Shown here piece by piece: positions 24,637-33,937 of a stretch of 55,658 nucleotides of DNA. The stretch is from contig JBMDWR010000167.1 of NCBI GenBank assembly GCA_048594645.1, positions 1 through 55,658 of the forward strand, in the 5' to 3' direction. The stretch is from Actinomycetota bacterium (GTDB lineage: Bacteria; Actinomycetota; UBA4738; HRBIN12). The number at the start of each line of letters is the position of its first letter. Within the stretch, counting starts at the first letter, position 1. The notes beneath the pieces were generated by a model. It had not been told where the DNA came from and ran no database searches. It saw only the letters and a list, made by a program, of their open reading frames with translations. The position numbers and the translations under genes were made by a program.

Positions 24637-27105
24637 ATGGCCGCCCGCTCGCGGACCCTCGTGGTCGGCGTGTTCGTCTTCGTCCTCGCCGCCTCGGCCT
24701 GCGACCTCCCGACGCTGCGGGAGGCTCGCGAAGATGCGGACGCTCTGCCCGAGACGTCGTTCATCTACTCGGCCGACGGCGCGCTGATCACGTCGCTACA
24801 TGCCGGCGAGAACCGGGTGCCGGTGCGATCGACGAAGATCCCGGAGGTCGTCCGCAACGCGGTCGTCGCGATCGAGGATCAGCGGTTCTACGACCACACG
24901 GGCGTCGACCTGCGGGCGCTCCTTCGCGCCGCGTACAGAGACGTCACGACGGGCGAGGTGGTCGAGGGCGGGTCCACGATCACGCAGCAGCTCGTCAAGA
25001 AGCTCTACGTTGGCGACGAGAAGACCGTCGCCCGCAAGGTCCGTGAGGCATACCTAGCGTGGCAGCTCGAAGAGCGGATGAGCAAGGAGCGCATCCTCAC
25101 CCGGTACCTCAACACCGTCTACTTCGGGAACGGCGCCTACGGGATCCGAGCGGCGGCCGAGACCTACTTCGACATCGAACCGCTCGAGCTCAACCTAGCG
25201 CAGTCGGCGCTGCTCGCCGGCCTGATACGCGCGCCGGTCGACTACGACCCGGTGACGCACCCGGTGAGGGCCGAGCGCCGTCGCGACCACGTCCTCGAGC
25301 TGATGCTCGGGCTCGGCACGATCGACCAGGCCGCGTACCAGCGTGCGACCTCGTCCCGGATCAAGCTCCATCTCCGCCAGGACGAGATGCGCTACGCGGC
25401 GCCCTATTTCGTCGACTACGTGAAGGAGTGGTTCCTGTCGAACCCGCGGTTCGGCGAGACGCCCGAGGAGCGATACGACCTCCTGTTCAAGGGCGGGCTT
25501 CGCATCGTGACGACGTTGGACATGAGGATGCAGCGGGCGGCCGAGCGCGCGATCTCGTCGGTGCTCACCGAACCCGGCGACCCCTACGGTGCGTTGACGG
25601 CGATCGACCCCCGGACGGGGCAGGTCCGTGCGATGGTCGGCGGGCGCGACTACTGGAACGAGCATGACCGTTTCGCGCGGATCAACCTCGCGACGGGCGG
25701 GAGCACGGGAAGGCAGGCGGGTTCGGCGTTCAAGCCGTTCGCCCTCGTCGCGGCGCTCGAGCACGGCATCACGCGTTCCCAGCCGCTGAACGGCTCGAGC
25801 GCCCACATCCTCCTCGACAACGGGGCGTACTGGGATCCTCGCAACGCCGAAGGGAGCGGCTACGGCACGATCTCGCTCGAGAGTGCGACGGTGAACTCCG
25901 TGAACATCGCGTACGCGAACCTCCTGGAGGTGATCGGCGACGGCGACACCTACGCCGGTGCGGCGGCGGTCGTCCAGACGGCCGAACGCATGGGGATCCG
26001 CTGCTGCCCGCGAACGACCGAGCCGAACGAGCCGCTCGCGGGCGTCCCTTCGGCCGTCCTGGGCGTGAACGAGGTGAGCACGCTCGAGATGGCCTCGGCC
26101 TTCGGCACGCTTGCGTACCTCGGTCGCCACGTGCAGCCGATCCCCGTGATCTCGATCACGAACTCGGACGGCGAGCAGATCTACCAGGCACCGCCGAAGA
26201 TCCACCAGGTCGTCGAACCGTCGATCGCCGCGGAGGCCATCGACGTCCTGAAGGGTGTGGTGCAGTCCGGAACCGGCGTCGGCGCCAACATCGGCCGGCC
26301 CCAGTTCGGCAAGACCGGGACGGCGCAGAACGCCAGCGATGCGTGGTTCGTCGGCGCAGTCCCACAGCTGTCGACGGCGGTGTGGGTCGGCTTCCCCGAG
26401 GGGCAGATCCCGATGTGCTGCGGGAACGTGCGGATCTCGACCGTGTATGGGGGAACCTGGCCCGCGACGATCTGGCGGACGTTCATGCTCGCGGCCACCC
26501 GTAACATGCCGGTCAAGGAGTTCGGGACGGCGCCGGAGGTCGACATCGTGACGCTCCGTATCGACGTCACGCGCGGGTGCCTGGCGAACCGGTTCACGTC
26601 GCCGGACGACATCCAGGTCTTCCGGTACGTGGCCGGCTCCGAACCCACGCTCGAGATCTGCACGGAGCCGTCGTCCTATCAGCGCTTGGTGGTGCCGTCG
26701 GTCGTGGGGCTCCAGCGACAGGCGGCCGTCTCCACGCTACGCGCGGCGGGATTCACCGTGGCGATAATCTCCGCCCCATCAAACGAACCGGTGGGGACGG
26801 TGATCGCGCAAGACCCCCTCAGTGGCTCAGGCCTGATCCAGACGGGAACCGTCACGATCACCGTCTCGGAGGGCGAGCTCGAGCCCGAGCGCGTCGCCGT
26901 CCCCGACGTCGTTGGGATGACCCGCGGGGCGGCGGAGGCGGCGCTCGGGCGCGCCGGGTTCAAGGTGTCGGTGTCGATGTCGCAGGAGTGTGACCCAGCC
27001 GATCCCTCGTGCGACTACCGACAGGGCGTGGTGTGGTCGCAGACCCCGAGCGGCGGGGCGCGGGCCGAGGAGGGGTCCACGGTCAGGATCGTCGTCAACC
27101 CGTAG
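24637..27105 (+). CDS. class A penicillin-binding protein (glycosyltransferase GT51 + transpeptidase) with two C-terminal PASTA domains
   Basis: 822 aa with an N-terminal membrane anchor. GT51 motifs AIEDQRFYDHTGVD and GGSTITQQL are present. The transpeptidase motifs are SAFKPF (SxxK) and KTGT. There are two PASTA-like repeats (VPSVVGLQRQAAVSTLRAAGF..., VPDVVGMTRGAAEAALGRAGF...). Confidence 0.9.
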   Translation: MAARSRTLVVGVFVFVLAASACDLPTLREAREDADALPETSFIYSADGALITSLHAGENRVPVRSTKIPEVVRNAVVAIEDQRFYDHTGVDLRALLRAAYRDVTTGEVVEGGSTITQQLVKKLYVGDEKTVARKVREAYLAWQLEERMSKERILTRYLNTVYFGNGAYGIRAAAETYFDIEPLELNLAQSALLAGLIRAPVDYDPVTHPVRAERRRDHVLELMLGLGTIDQAAYQRATSSRIKLHLRQDEMRYAAPYFVDYVKEWFLSNPRFGETPEERYDLLFKGGLRIVTTLDMRMQRAAERAISSVLTEPGDPYGALTAIDPRTGQVRAMVGGRDYWNEHDRFARINLATGGSTGRQAGSAFKPFALVAALEHGITRSQPLNGSSAHILLDNGAYWDPRNAEGSGYGTISLESATVNSVNIAYANLLEVIGDGDTYAGAAAVVQTAERMGIRCCPRTTEPNEPLAGVPSAVLGVNEVSTLEMASAFGTLAYLGRHVQPIPVISITNSDGEQIYQAPPKIHQVVEPSIAAEAIDVLKGVVQSGTGVGANIGRPQFGKTGTAQNASDAWFVGAVPQLSTAVWVGFPEGQIPMCCGNVRISTVYGGTWPATIWRTFMLAATRNMPVKEFGTAPEVDIVTLRIDVTRGCLANRFTSPDDIQVFRYVAGSEPTLEICTEPSSYQRLVVPSVVGLQRQAAVSTLRAAGFTVAIISAPSNEPVGTVIAQDPLSGSGLIQTGTVTITVSEGELEPERVAVPDVVGMTRGAAEAALGRAGFKVSVSMSQECDPADPSCDYRQGVVWSQTPSGGARAEEGSTVRIVVNP

Positions 27106-27124
27106 AGCCGGGCCAGACTCGCCG

Positions 27125-27778
27125 TCAACCCCTAGGGCCGTAGGGGGCAAGGCTTCGGTCGTTCGTACCGAGCGGGACCGACGGCCGGCCCGGCGAGACG
27201 AACGCGCTCCCGCGCTCGAAGAACCGCCACGGGCGCTCGATGCCGACGTTCACACCGACGCGCGTGCTCCGCGCGATCGCATCCGGGTGGAGCGGCGTGC
27301 CCGAGAGCAGGAACAGCGAGGGATGCGTCACCAGGTCCGTGCCGTTCTCGGCCCGGCCGATCGCGAACGCCTGCGTGAGTCGCGCCGGTCCCGAGCACAG
27401 GAGCCGAGGAGCGTCCCAGCCCCGGTTGGACGCCATCACGTCGAGGCCGTCGAGCGGTTCGGCAGCGCGCAGCAGCACGGCACTCCCCTGCCCGTTCGCG
27501 CCCGTCACCACGTTGCAACAGAAGTGCTGCCCGTACGTGAAGTAGACGTACAGCGGGCCGGGCGGTCCGAACATCACCTCGGTCCTCGGCGTCGGACGCC
27601 CCTTGTACGAATGGCTGGCCGGATCGCCTTGCTCGTAGGCCTCGACCTCGACGAGCCGTGCGGCGATGCGCCGGCCGTCCGGCAGCAGCCGCACGAGGAC
27701 GCGGCCGAGCAGTTCCGGCGCCACCTCCGTCGAGGGCCGCGCGAAGAACCTGCGAGGCAGCCGCCGACCCAGCCTCAC
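27125..27778 (-). CDS. mpg: DNA-3-methyladenine glycosylase (Mpg/AAG family)
   Basis: GTG 27778 overlaps the polX stop (GTGA). FFARPSTEVAPELLGRVLV...EVEAYEQGDPASHSY.G.TPRTEVMFGPPGPLYVYFTYGQHFCCNVV is the classical AAG-family core. Confidence 0.85.
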   Translation of the reverse strand: MRLGRRLPRRFFARPSTEVAPELLGRVLVRLLPDGRRIAARLVEVEAYEQGDPASHSYKGRPTPRTEVMFGPPGPLYVYFTYGQHFCCNVVTGANGQGSAVLLRAAEPLDGLDVMASNRGWDAPRLLCSGPARLTQAFAIGRAENGTDLVTHPSLFLLSGTPLHPDAIARSTRVGVNVGIERPWRFFERGSAFVSPGRPSVPLGTNDRSLAPYGPRG

Positions 27779-29496
27779 CGCTTGTTCCTGAGGAACGCAC
27801 GCAGCTTGGACAGCGGCCACGCGTTGATCACGTCGTCCTTGGTGAGCCATCCGCGCTGCGCGGTCGCGACCCCGTACCGCATCAGCTCGAGGTGGGTCGT
27901 GGCGTGCGAGTCCGTGTCGACCGAGAACCTCACGCCGTGACGTCTGGCCCACAGGATGTGCTCGTCCTTCAGGTCCAGACGGTCTGGATACCCGTTCACC
28001 TCGAGGGCCGTGCCGGTGCGCGCGGCCGCCTTGAACACCTCGTCGAGATCGACCTCGATCGGCTGCCGCTTGTTGATGAGGCGCGCGGTCGGATGACCGA
28101 TCACGTGAACGTGTGGGTTCTCTATGGCGCGGACGAGACGCCTCGTCATCTGGTCCTTCGGCTGGTTGAAGTGCGAGTGCACGGAGGCCACGCAGATGTC
28201 GAACGCCTCCAGGAACTCGGGTCCCCAGTCCACGTCCCCGTCCGGGTCGATGTTGAGCTCCGTGCCGTGGAGCAGCGTCATCTTCGGGTACGCGGACTGC
28301 AGCGCCCGGAGCTGCTTCCGCTGCGCGAGCATCTTCTCGTCGGTCATCCGCTGCATGAACAGGTTGGGCGCATGATCGGTCACGGCGTAGTACGCGTACC
28401 GGAGCTTGGAGGCGGCTTCGAGCATCGCCTCCAGCGTCGCAAGCCCGTCCGTCAGGTTCGTGTGCGTGTGGAGGTCGCCGCGGAGCTGGCCGCGCTCGAG
28501 AACGTCGGGCAGCGTGCCGTCGAGCGCCGCCTCCACCTCTCCCCGATCCTCTCGAAGCGTCGGCGGGATCCAGGGCAGCGAGAGCTTCTCGTAGACCTCC
28601 TCCTCGGTTCGGGCGACGATCAGCTTGCCGGACTTCGCTCGGAAGAGCCCGTACTCGTTCAGCTTGAGGCCCTTGCGCACGGCCATCTCGCGGATCCGGA
28701 TGTTGTGCGCCTTCGAGCCCGTGAAGTAGATCATCGCGGCGCCCCACGCCTCGAGCGGCACGACGCGCAGGTCGACCTGCAGCCCCTTGCGGGTGAGGAT
28801 CGACGACTTCGTCTCCCCCTTGGCGAGCACACGCTCGACGATCCCGACCGAAGTGAAGGCGTCCATGACGCCGGCGGGGTCCTCGCTCGCGACCAGAAGG
28901 TCGAGGTCGCCGATCGTCTCGGCCATGCGCCGGAGCGAGCCCGCGTACTCGATCCGCCGCACGTCCGTGCGCCTCCCGAGGCGCTCGATGAAGTGCTCGG
29001 CGAGGTCCATCGCGACCGAGGAGAGGACGCGACCGCCGACCTGGCTGAGGCGTTCGAGCCCCCGACGGATGTTCTCCTCGGTCTTCGCGCCGAACCCCTT
29101 GAGCTCTGCGAGCTGCCCCTGCTCGACGGCCTGTCGGAGACCGTCGACCCCGGAGATCCCGAGATCGCGGTATAGGATCATCGCCTTCTTCGGTCCGAGG
29201 CCCGGGATCGCGATCATCTCGCGCACACCGGCAGGGATCTGGGCGCGGAGCTCCTCGAGCGTCCCGATCTTGCCGGTGCGGAGGAACTCGTCCACCTTCT
29301 CGCCGATCGACTTCCCGACGCTTGGGATCCTCAGGATCTCCTTGAGCTCCATCCCGTCGAGGTCGCCGGCGTAGCCACCCACCGCACGCGCGGCCTTCTC
29401 GTACGCGCGCGGCTTGTACGGGTCGGTCGTGAGGATCGACAGGAGATCTGCGTACTCGAGCAGGACCGCTTCGACGGTGTCGTTCACGCGCGGCAT
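27775..29496 (-). CDS. polX: DNA polymerase X family protein with C-terminal PHP phosphoesterase domain
   Basis: 573 aa. It has HhH motifs (IPSVGKSIGEKV, IPGLGPKKA), the Pol beta catalytic GSLRRMAETIGDLDLLV and the PHP motif DLHTHTNLTDG...VTDH. Confidence 0.9.
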   Translation of the reverse strand: MPRVNDTVEAVLLEYADLLSILTTDPYKPRAYEKAARAVGGYAGDLDGMELKEILRIPSVGKSIGEKVDEFLRTGKIGTLEELRAQIPAGVREMIAIPGLGPKKAMILYRDLGISGVDGLRQAVEQGQLAELKGFGAKTEENIRRGLERLSQVGGRVLSSVAMDLAEHFIERLGRRTDVRRIEYAGSLRRMAETIGDLDLLVASEDPAGVMDAFTSVGIVERVLAKGETKSSILTRKGLQVDLRVVPLEAWGAAMIYFTGSKAHNIRIREMAVRKGLKLNEYGLFRAKSGKLIVARTEEEVYEKLSLPWIPPTLREDRGEVEAALDGTLPDVLERGQLRGDLHTHTNLTDGLATLEAMLEAASKLRYAYYAVTDHAPNLFMQRMTDEKMLAQRKQLRALQSAYPKMTLLHGTELNIDPDGDVDWGPEFLEAFDICVASVHSHFNQPKDQMTRRLVRAIENPHVHVIGHPTARLINKRQPIEVDLDEVFKAAARTGTALEVNGYPDRLDLKDEHILWARRHGVRFSVDTDSHATTHLELMRYGVATAQRGWLTKDDVINAWPLSKLRAFLRNKR

Positions 29497-29509
29497 GGCG
29501 CTCGAGGCC

Positions 29510-30430
29510 TCAGGCGAGGCCGAGCAGCCAGAGCAGCAGGGCCTTCTGCGTGTGCATCCGGTTCTCGGCCTGATCCCAGACGATCGAGTGCTGGCCGTCG
29601 ATCACCTCGTCGGTGATCTCCTGCCCGCGGTGGGCGGGGAGGCAGTGCATCACCGAGACGTCGTGCCTGGCCACCTCGACCTTCTCGCGGTCGAGCGTGT
29701 ACGCGGGGAACACGAGGGCCCGCTCGTCGGCCTCCGCCTCCTGTCCCATGCTCGCCCATACGTCCGTGTACAGGACGTCTGCATCTCGGCACGCTTGGAT
29801 CGGGTCGTGCGTCACCGAGATGCTGCCGCCCGTCTCTGCCGCGATGTCGGACGCGCGCTGAACGACCTGCGGGATGGGCTCGAACCCGGGCGGGGTGCCG
29901 GCCCGGACGTGCATGCCGGCCTTGGCACCGCCGAGCAGCAGCGAATGCGTGACGTTGTTGCCGTCGCCGAGGTACGTGATCGTTCGTCCGGCGAGGTCGC
30001 CTTTGACCTCGCGCACCGTGAGGAGGTCGGCGAGGCATTGGCACGGATGCTCGAAGTCCGACAGCGCGTTGATCACCGGTACGGAGGCAGCCGACGCCAT
30101 CAGCTCGAGCCGCTCCTGCTCGAACGTTCGAAGCACCACCGCGTGGACGTACCGAGAGAGCACGCGGCCGGTGTCCTCGATCGTCTCGCCCCGGCCCAGT
30201 TGGAGCTCCGCCGAGGACAACGCGATCGGGTGACCTCCCGCCGACGCGATCGCGATCTCGAACGACACCCGCGTGCGGGTCGACGGCTTCTCGAAGATCA
30301 TCGCGACCGAACGGCCGGCCAGGCGCTCCGCGTAGTCGGCAGGGTTCGCCTTCACCTTGAACGACAGATCGAGCAGGTTCCCGAGCTCACCCGGCGACAG
30401 GTCGTCGATCGAGAGCAGGTCGCGGTCCAC
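29510..30430 (-). CDS. argF: ornithine carbamoyltransferase
   Basis: 306 aa with STRTR, HPCQ, DGNNV and HCLPAHRGQE motifs. The start is GTG. Confidence 0.92.
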   Translation of the reverse strand: MDRDLLSIDDLSPGELGNLLDLSFKVKANPADYAERLAGRSVAMIFEKPSTRTRVSFEIAIASAGGHPIALSSAELQLGRGETIEDTGRVLSRYVHAVVLRTFEQERLELMASAASVPVINALSDFEHPCQCLADLLTVREVKGDLAGRTITYLGDGNNVTHSLLLGGAKAGMHVRAGTPPGFEPIPQVVQRASDIAAETGGSISVTHDPIQACRDADVLYTDVWASMGQEAEADERALVFPAYTLDREKVEVARHDVSVMHCLPAHRGQEITDEVIDGQHSIVWDQAENRMHTQKALLLWLLGLA

Positions 30431-30497
30431 GGGCCGAGTCTAGCGTGGGCTCTCCGCGCGGCGCTCCGGCCCGGCTCCGGGTCACGCCCCGAGCGGA

Positions 30498-32870
30498 TCA
30501 GCCGGCACGCAGTTGCGCCCCGAACCCCCGCGCGAGCCGCTCGACGATGCCGGACACCGCGGTGTCGGCCTCCCCATCGGTCAGCGTCCGGTCCGGCGCC
30601 CGGAGCTCCACGGAGAACGCCAGGCTCTTCTTGCCTTCGGGCAGGGGCGAGCCCTCGAACACGTCGAACAGATGCACCGAGCCCAGGAGCTCGCCGCCCG
30701 CCTCGCGGAGCGCCGCCATGACGTCTCCAGCCGGCGTCGCCGCGTCGAGCGTGAACGCCAGGTCACGGCGTATCGGCGGGTACCTCGGGATCTCGCGATA
30801 CGCGACGTCGCTCACCGCGTGTTCCGCGAGAGCCGCCGCGTCGATCTCGAACACCGCGACGCGCGATGGGAGGTCCAGCTGTTCGACGACGCGCGGATGG
30901 AGCTCGCCGATCGTACCCGCCGGATGCCCGCCGAGCTCGATCACTGCGGATCTCCCCGGGTGCATCGGCGGGCCCGCCGGCTCGCCGAGCGCTCCGTCGT
31001 GGATCGACAGCGCCGCGAACAGGCTCTCGAGCGCACCCTTCGCGTCGAACAGGTCGAGCTCGCGCGGCTCGCCGTGGTGGCCCTCTCGAACCGGTCCGCA
31101 CAGGATCGCAGCGACCATCTCACGCTCGTCGACGGGGTCCGCGGGACGGAACACGTGGCCGACCTCGAACAGTGCCGCGCTCCTGACGCCCCGCGAGATC
31201 GTCCGCCCGACGGCCTGGACCAGGCCCGGAACGAGGCTGGTTCGCAGGAAGGGCTGGTCCGCGGACGGTGGGTTCGCGATGCGCACGCCTTCGGAGTGAC
31301 CCATCAGATCGAGGTCGGCGGAGGACGCGAACGAGAGCGACACGGCCTCCCGGAGCCCCGCGCGCACCATCGCTTCGCGGAGCCGCCGCCGGAACGCATG
31401 GTCCGCGGCGAGCCCGCCGGCCTGCTGGATGCCCGGGACCGTCGACCGCAACGCGTCGTAGCCCTGAACGCGGGCGACCTCCTCGATCAGATCGACCTCG
31501 AGCTCGAGGTCCGGCCGGAAGCTCGGCGCCTCGGCCAAGACGACACCGTCCCGCTTCTCGCTGGCGATGCCGATGCGGCCGAGCGCCTCGGCGATGTCGG
31601 ATGCGGAGACCTCGTGACCGACCAGCAACGACGCGCGTTCGGGACGGACGCCGATGCGGCGCCGCGGCGGCGGCGCCCCGACGTCGGCGGCTCCGGATCG
31701 GACGGTGCCACTGCCGGTCCAGGAGACCATCAGCGCCGCGGCGCGGGCCGCGGCCGGCGCGACGCCCTCGGGGTCGCAGCCGCGCGAGAACCGGATCGCG
31801 GCCTCCGTCGGCAGGAGCAGTCGGCGCGAGGTCCGAAGGATGCCGCGAGGCTCGAAGTACGCGCTCTCGACCAGGACGTTCGTCGTGGACGCCGACACCT
31901 CCGCGGAAGCCGAACCCATGACGCCGGCGATCCCGACCGGCTTCTCGTGGTCCGCGATCAGCAGGTCGTCCTGGGTGAGCAGCCGGTCCACGTCGTCCAG
32001 CGTGCGGAGCCGCTCGCCGTCGCTCGCCCGCCTGACGACGATGCCGCCCGCGAGCAGGTCCATGTCGAACGGGTGCATCGGCTGGCCCATCTCGAGCATC
32101 ACGTAGTTGGTCGCGTCCACGACGGCCGAGAGCGGCCGCATCCCGGCCGCGGTGAGCCTCGCCTGGACCCCGAGCGGCGACGGCCCGTCGACAACGCCGT
32201 GGATCACTCTCGCCAGGTACCGCGGGCAGCGTTCGGGATCGTCCACTTCGATCGAGACCGCCGCCTCGGCGGACGCCTCGCCCTCGGCGACCGACGTATC
32301 GGGCGGCGTGAGCGGGAGACCCGTGGCGCCGGCGACCTCGCGCGCGATGCCGAGCACGGAGAGCAGATCCGGGCGATTCGTCTCGATCTCCAGATCCAGC
32401 ACCGCTTCGTCCAGGCCGAGCGCTCGCTTCACGTCGGCGCCGACGCGGCCGTTCGGCCCCAAGATCAGGATGCCCGAGTGCTCGGCGGAGATCCCAAGCT
32501 CGCGCGCCGAGCAGATCATCCCCTCCGAGACCACCCCTCGGATATCGCGAGCCGAGAGCGGTTCGGGAAGCGCTGGGACGCGCGCGCCCGGACCCGCGTA
32601 CGGGACGAGGTCGCCCGCCACCATGTTGCGAACGCCGACGACGATCTCGCGCTCCGCGCCCCCGACGTCGATGCGGGCGAGGCACAGCTTGTCGGAGTTC
32701 GGATGGTCGCGAACCTCGAGCACCTTGGCGACGACGACGCCGTCGAGGCCTGCCCACGGGCGCTCGATCGATTCGACGTGCATGCCCTTGGCGGCCAGCA
32801 GGTCGCCGAGCGCCTCGGCCGAGAGCTCGACCGGGCAGTATTCGCGCAGCCAGGAGAGGACCAGCCTCAC
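30498..32870 (-). CDS. pheT: phenylalanine--tRNA ligase beta subunit
   Basis: 790 aa. It has the N-terminal tRNA-binding domain (MRLVLSWLREY...), B3/4 and B5 domains and the C-terminal FDX-ACB domain. The GTG start overlaps the pheS stop (GTGA). Confidence 0.95.
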   Translation of the reverse strand: MRLVLSWLREYCPVELSAEALGDLLAAKGMHVESIERPWAGLDGVVVAKVLEVRDHPNSDKLCLARIDVGGAEREIVVGVRNMVAGDLVPYAGPGARVPALPEPLSARDIRGVVSEGMICSARELGISAEHSGILILGPNGRVGADVKRALGLDEAVLDLEIETNRPDLLSVLGIAREVAGATGLPLTPPDTSVAEGEASAEAAVSIEVDDPERCPRYLARVIHGVVDGPSPLGVQARLTAAGMRPLSAVVDATNYVMLEMGQPMHPFDMDLLAGGIVVRRASDGERLRTLDDVDRLLTQDDLLIADHEKPVGIAGVMGSASAEVSASTTNVLVESAYFEPRGILRTSRRLLLPTEAAIRFSRGCDPEGVAPAAARAAALMVSWTGSGTVRSGAADVGAPPPRRRIGVRPERASLLVGHEVSASDIAEALGRIGIASEKRDGVVLAEAPSFRPDLELEVDLIEEVARVQGYDALRSTVPGIQQAGGLAADHAFRRRLREAMVRAGLREAVSLSFASSADLDLMGHSEGVRIANPPSADQPFLRTSLVPGLVQAVGRTISRGVRSAALFEVGHVFRPADPVDEREMVAAILCGPVREGHHGEPRELDLFDAKGALESLFAALSIHDGALGEPAGPPMHPGRSAVIELGGHPAGTIGELHPRVVEQLDLPSRVAVFEIDAAALAEHAVSDVAYREIPRYPPIRRDLAFTLDAATPAGDVMAALREAGGELLGSVHLFDVFEGSPLPEGKKSLAFSVELRAPDRTLTDGEADTAVSGIVERLARGFGAQLRAG

Positions 32871-33925
32871 GCGACGCCCTCGAACTGCTCGAGGAAGCGC
32901 ACGTCATTCTCCCAGAGCAGCCGGATGTCCGGGATGCCGAAACGGATCATCGCAAGCCGGTCGTACCCGCCGCCGAACGCGAACCCCGTGTATCGCTCCG
33001 GGTCGTATCCGACGTTCTGAAGGACCGAAGGGTGGACCATGCCTGCGCCCATGGTCTCGATCCAGCCGGATCGAGCGCACGTGCGGCACCCGGAACCGCC
33101 GCACACGAAGCAGGACACCTCGACCTGACATCCCGGCTCCACGAACGGGAAGAACGACGGCGTCAGCCGCACCTCACGCTCGTCGCCAAGCAGCGCGCGG
33201 TAGAACGTCTCGAGCGTTCCCTTGAGATCCGCGAACGAGATGCCCTCGTCGACCGCGAGCCCCTCCACTTGGTGGAACACGGGCATGTTCTTCGCGGTCG
33301 TCTCCTCGTTGCGGTAGACGCGCCCGGGCACGATCACGTACACGGGCGGCTGCTGGTTCTCCATCGTCCTGATCTGCATCGGCGAGGTGTGCGTTCGGAG
33401 CAGGAGCTCGGGATGGCCCGGGACGTCCAGGAACGTCGTGTCCATCGTCGTGCGCGCCGGATGGTCGGGCGGGATGTTGAGGGCGTCGAAGTTGTGCCAC
33501 TCGTCCTCGACCTCGGGTCCCTCCACGACGGAGTAGCCCATCCGCGTGAAGATGTCGACGATCTCGGCCTCGACGACCGTCAGCGGGTGCAGCGATCCCC
33601 GCCGGAGCGAGCGCCCAGGCAGCGTCACGTCGACGCGGTCGGCCTCCAGCCGCTCGGCCTCGCCGCCCTCCTCCAGTTGCGTGCGGCGAGCGTCGATCGC
33701 CGCCCTCAGCTCCGCGAACGCCTCGTTCGTACGCCTGCCGACGTCACGTCGCGCGTCCGGCGGCAGCGACCCGAGTGCGCTCTGAACGCTCGAGATCGGC
33801 GATCGCCGACCGAGGATCGCGATCTTCGCCTCGTCGAGCGCCTCGAGCGTCGGCGCATCGGAGATCAGCGCCCGGCCGCGCTCGAGCTGTTCGTCGAGGA
33901 TGCGGGCGGCATCGGCCGGTTCCAT
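32867..33925 (-). CDS. pheS: phenylalanine--tRNA ligase alpha subunit
   Basis: 352 aa with class II motifs (HPARTTMDTF, LLRTHTSPMQIR, PGRVYRNE, FAFGGGYDRLAMIRFGI). Confidence 0.95.
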   Translation of the reverse strand: MEPADAARILDEQLERGRALISDAPTLEALDEAKIAILGRRSPISSVQSALGSLPPDARRDVGRRTNEAFAELRAAIDARRTQLEEGGEAERLEADRVDVTLPGRSLRRGSLHPLTVVEAEIVDIFTRMGYSVVEGPEVEDEWHNFDALNIPPDHPARTTMDTTFLDVPGHPELLLRTHTSPMQIRTMENQQPPVYVIVPGRVYRNEETTAKNMPVFHQVEGLAVDEGISFADLKGTLETFYRALLGDEREVRLTPSFFPFVEPGCQVEVSCFVCGGSGCRTCARSGWIETMGAGMVHPSVLQNVGYDPERYTGFAFGGGYDRLAMIRFGIPDIRLLWENDVRFLEQFEGVA

Positions 33926-33937
33926 GGTCCGGCGAGT

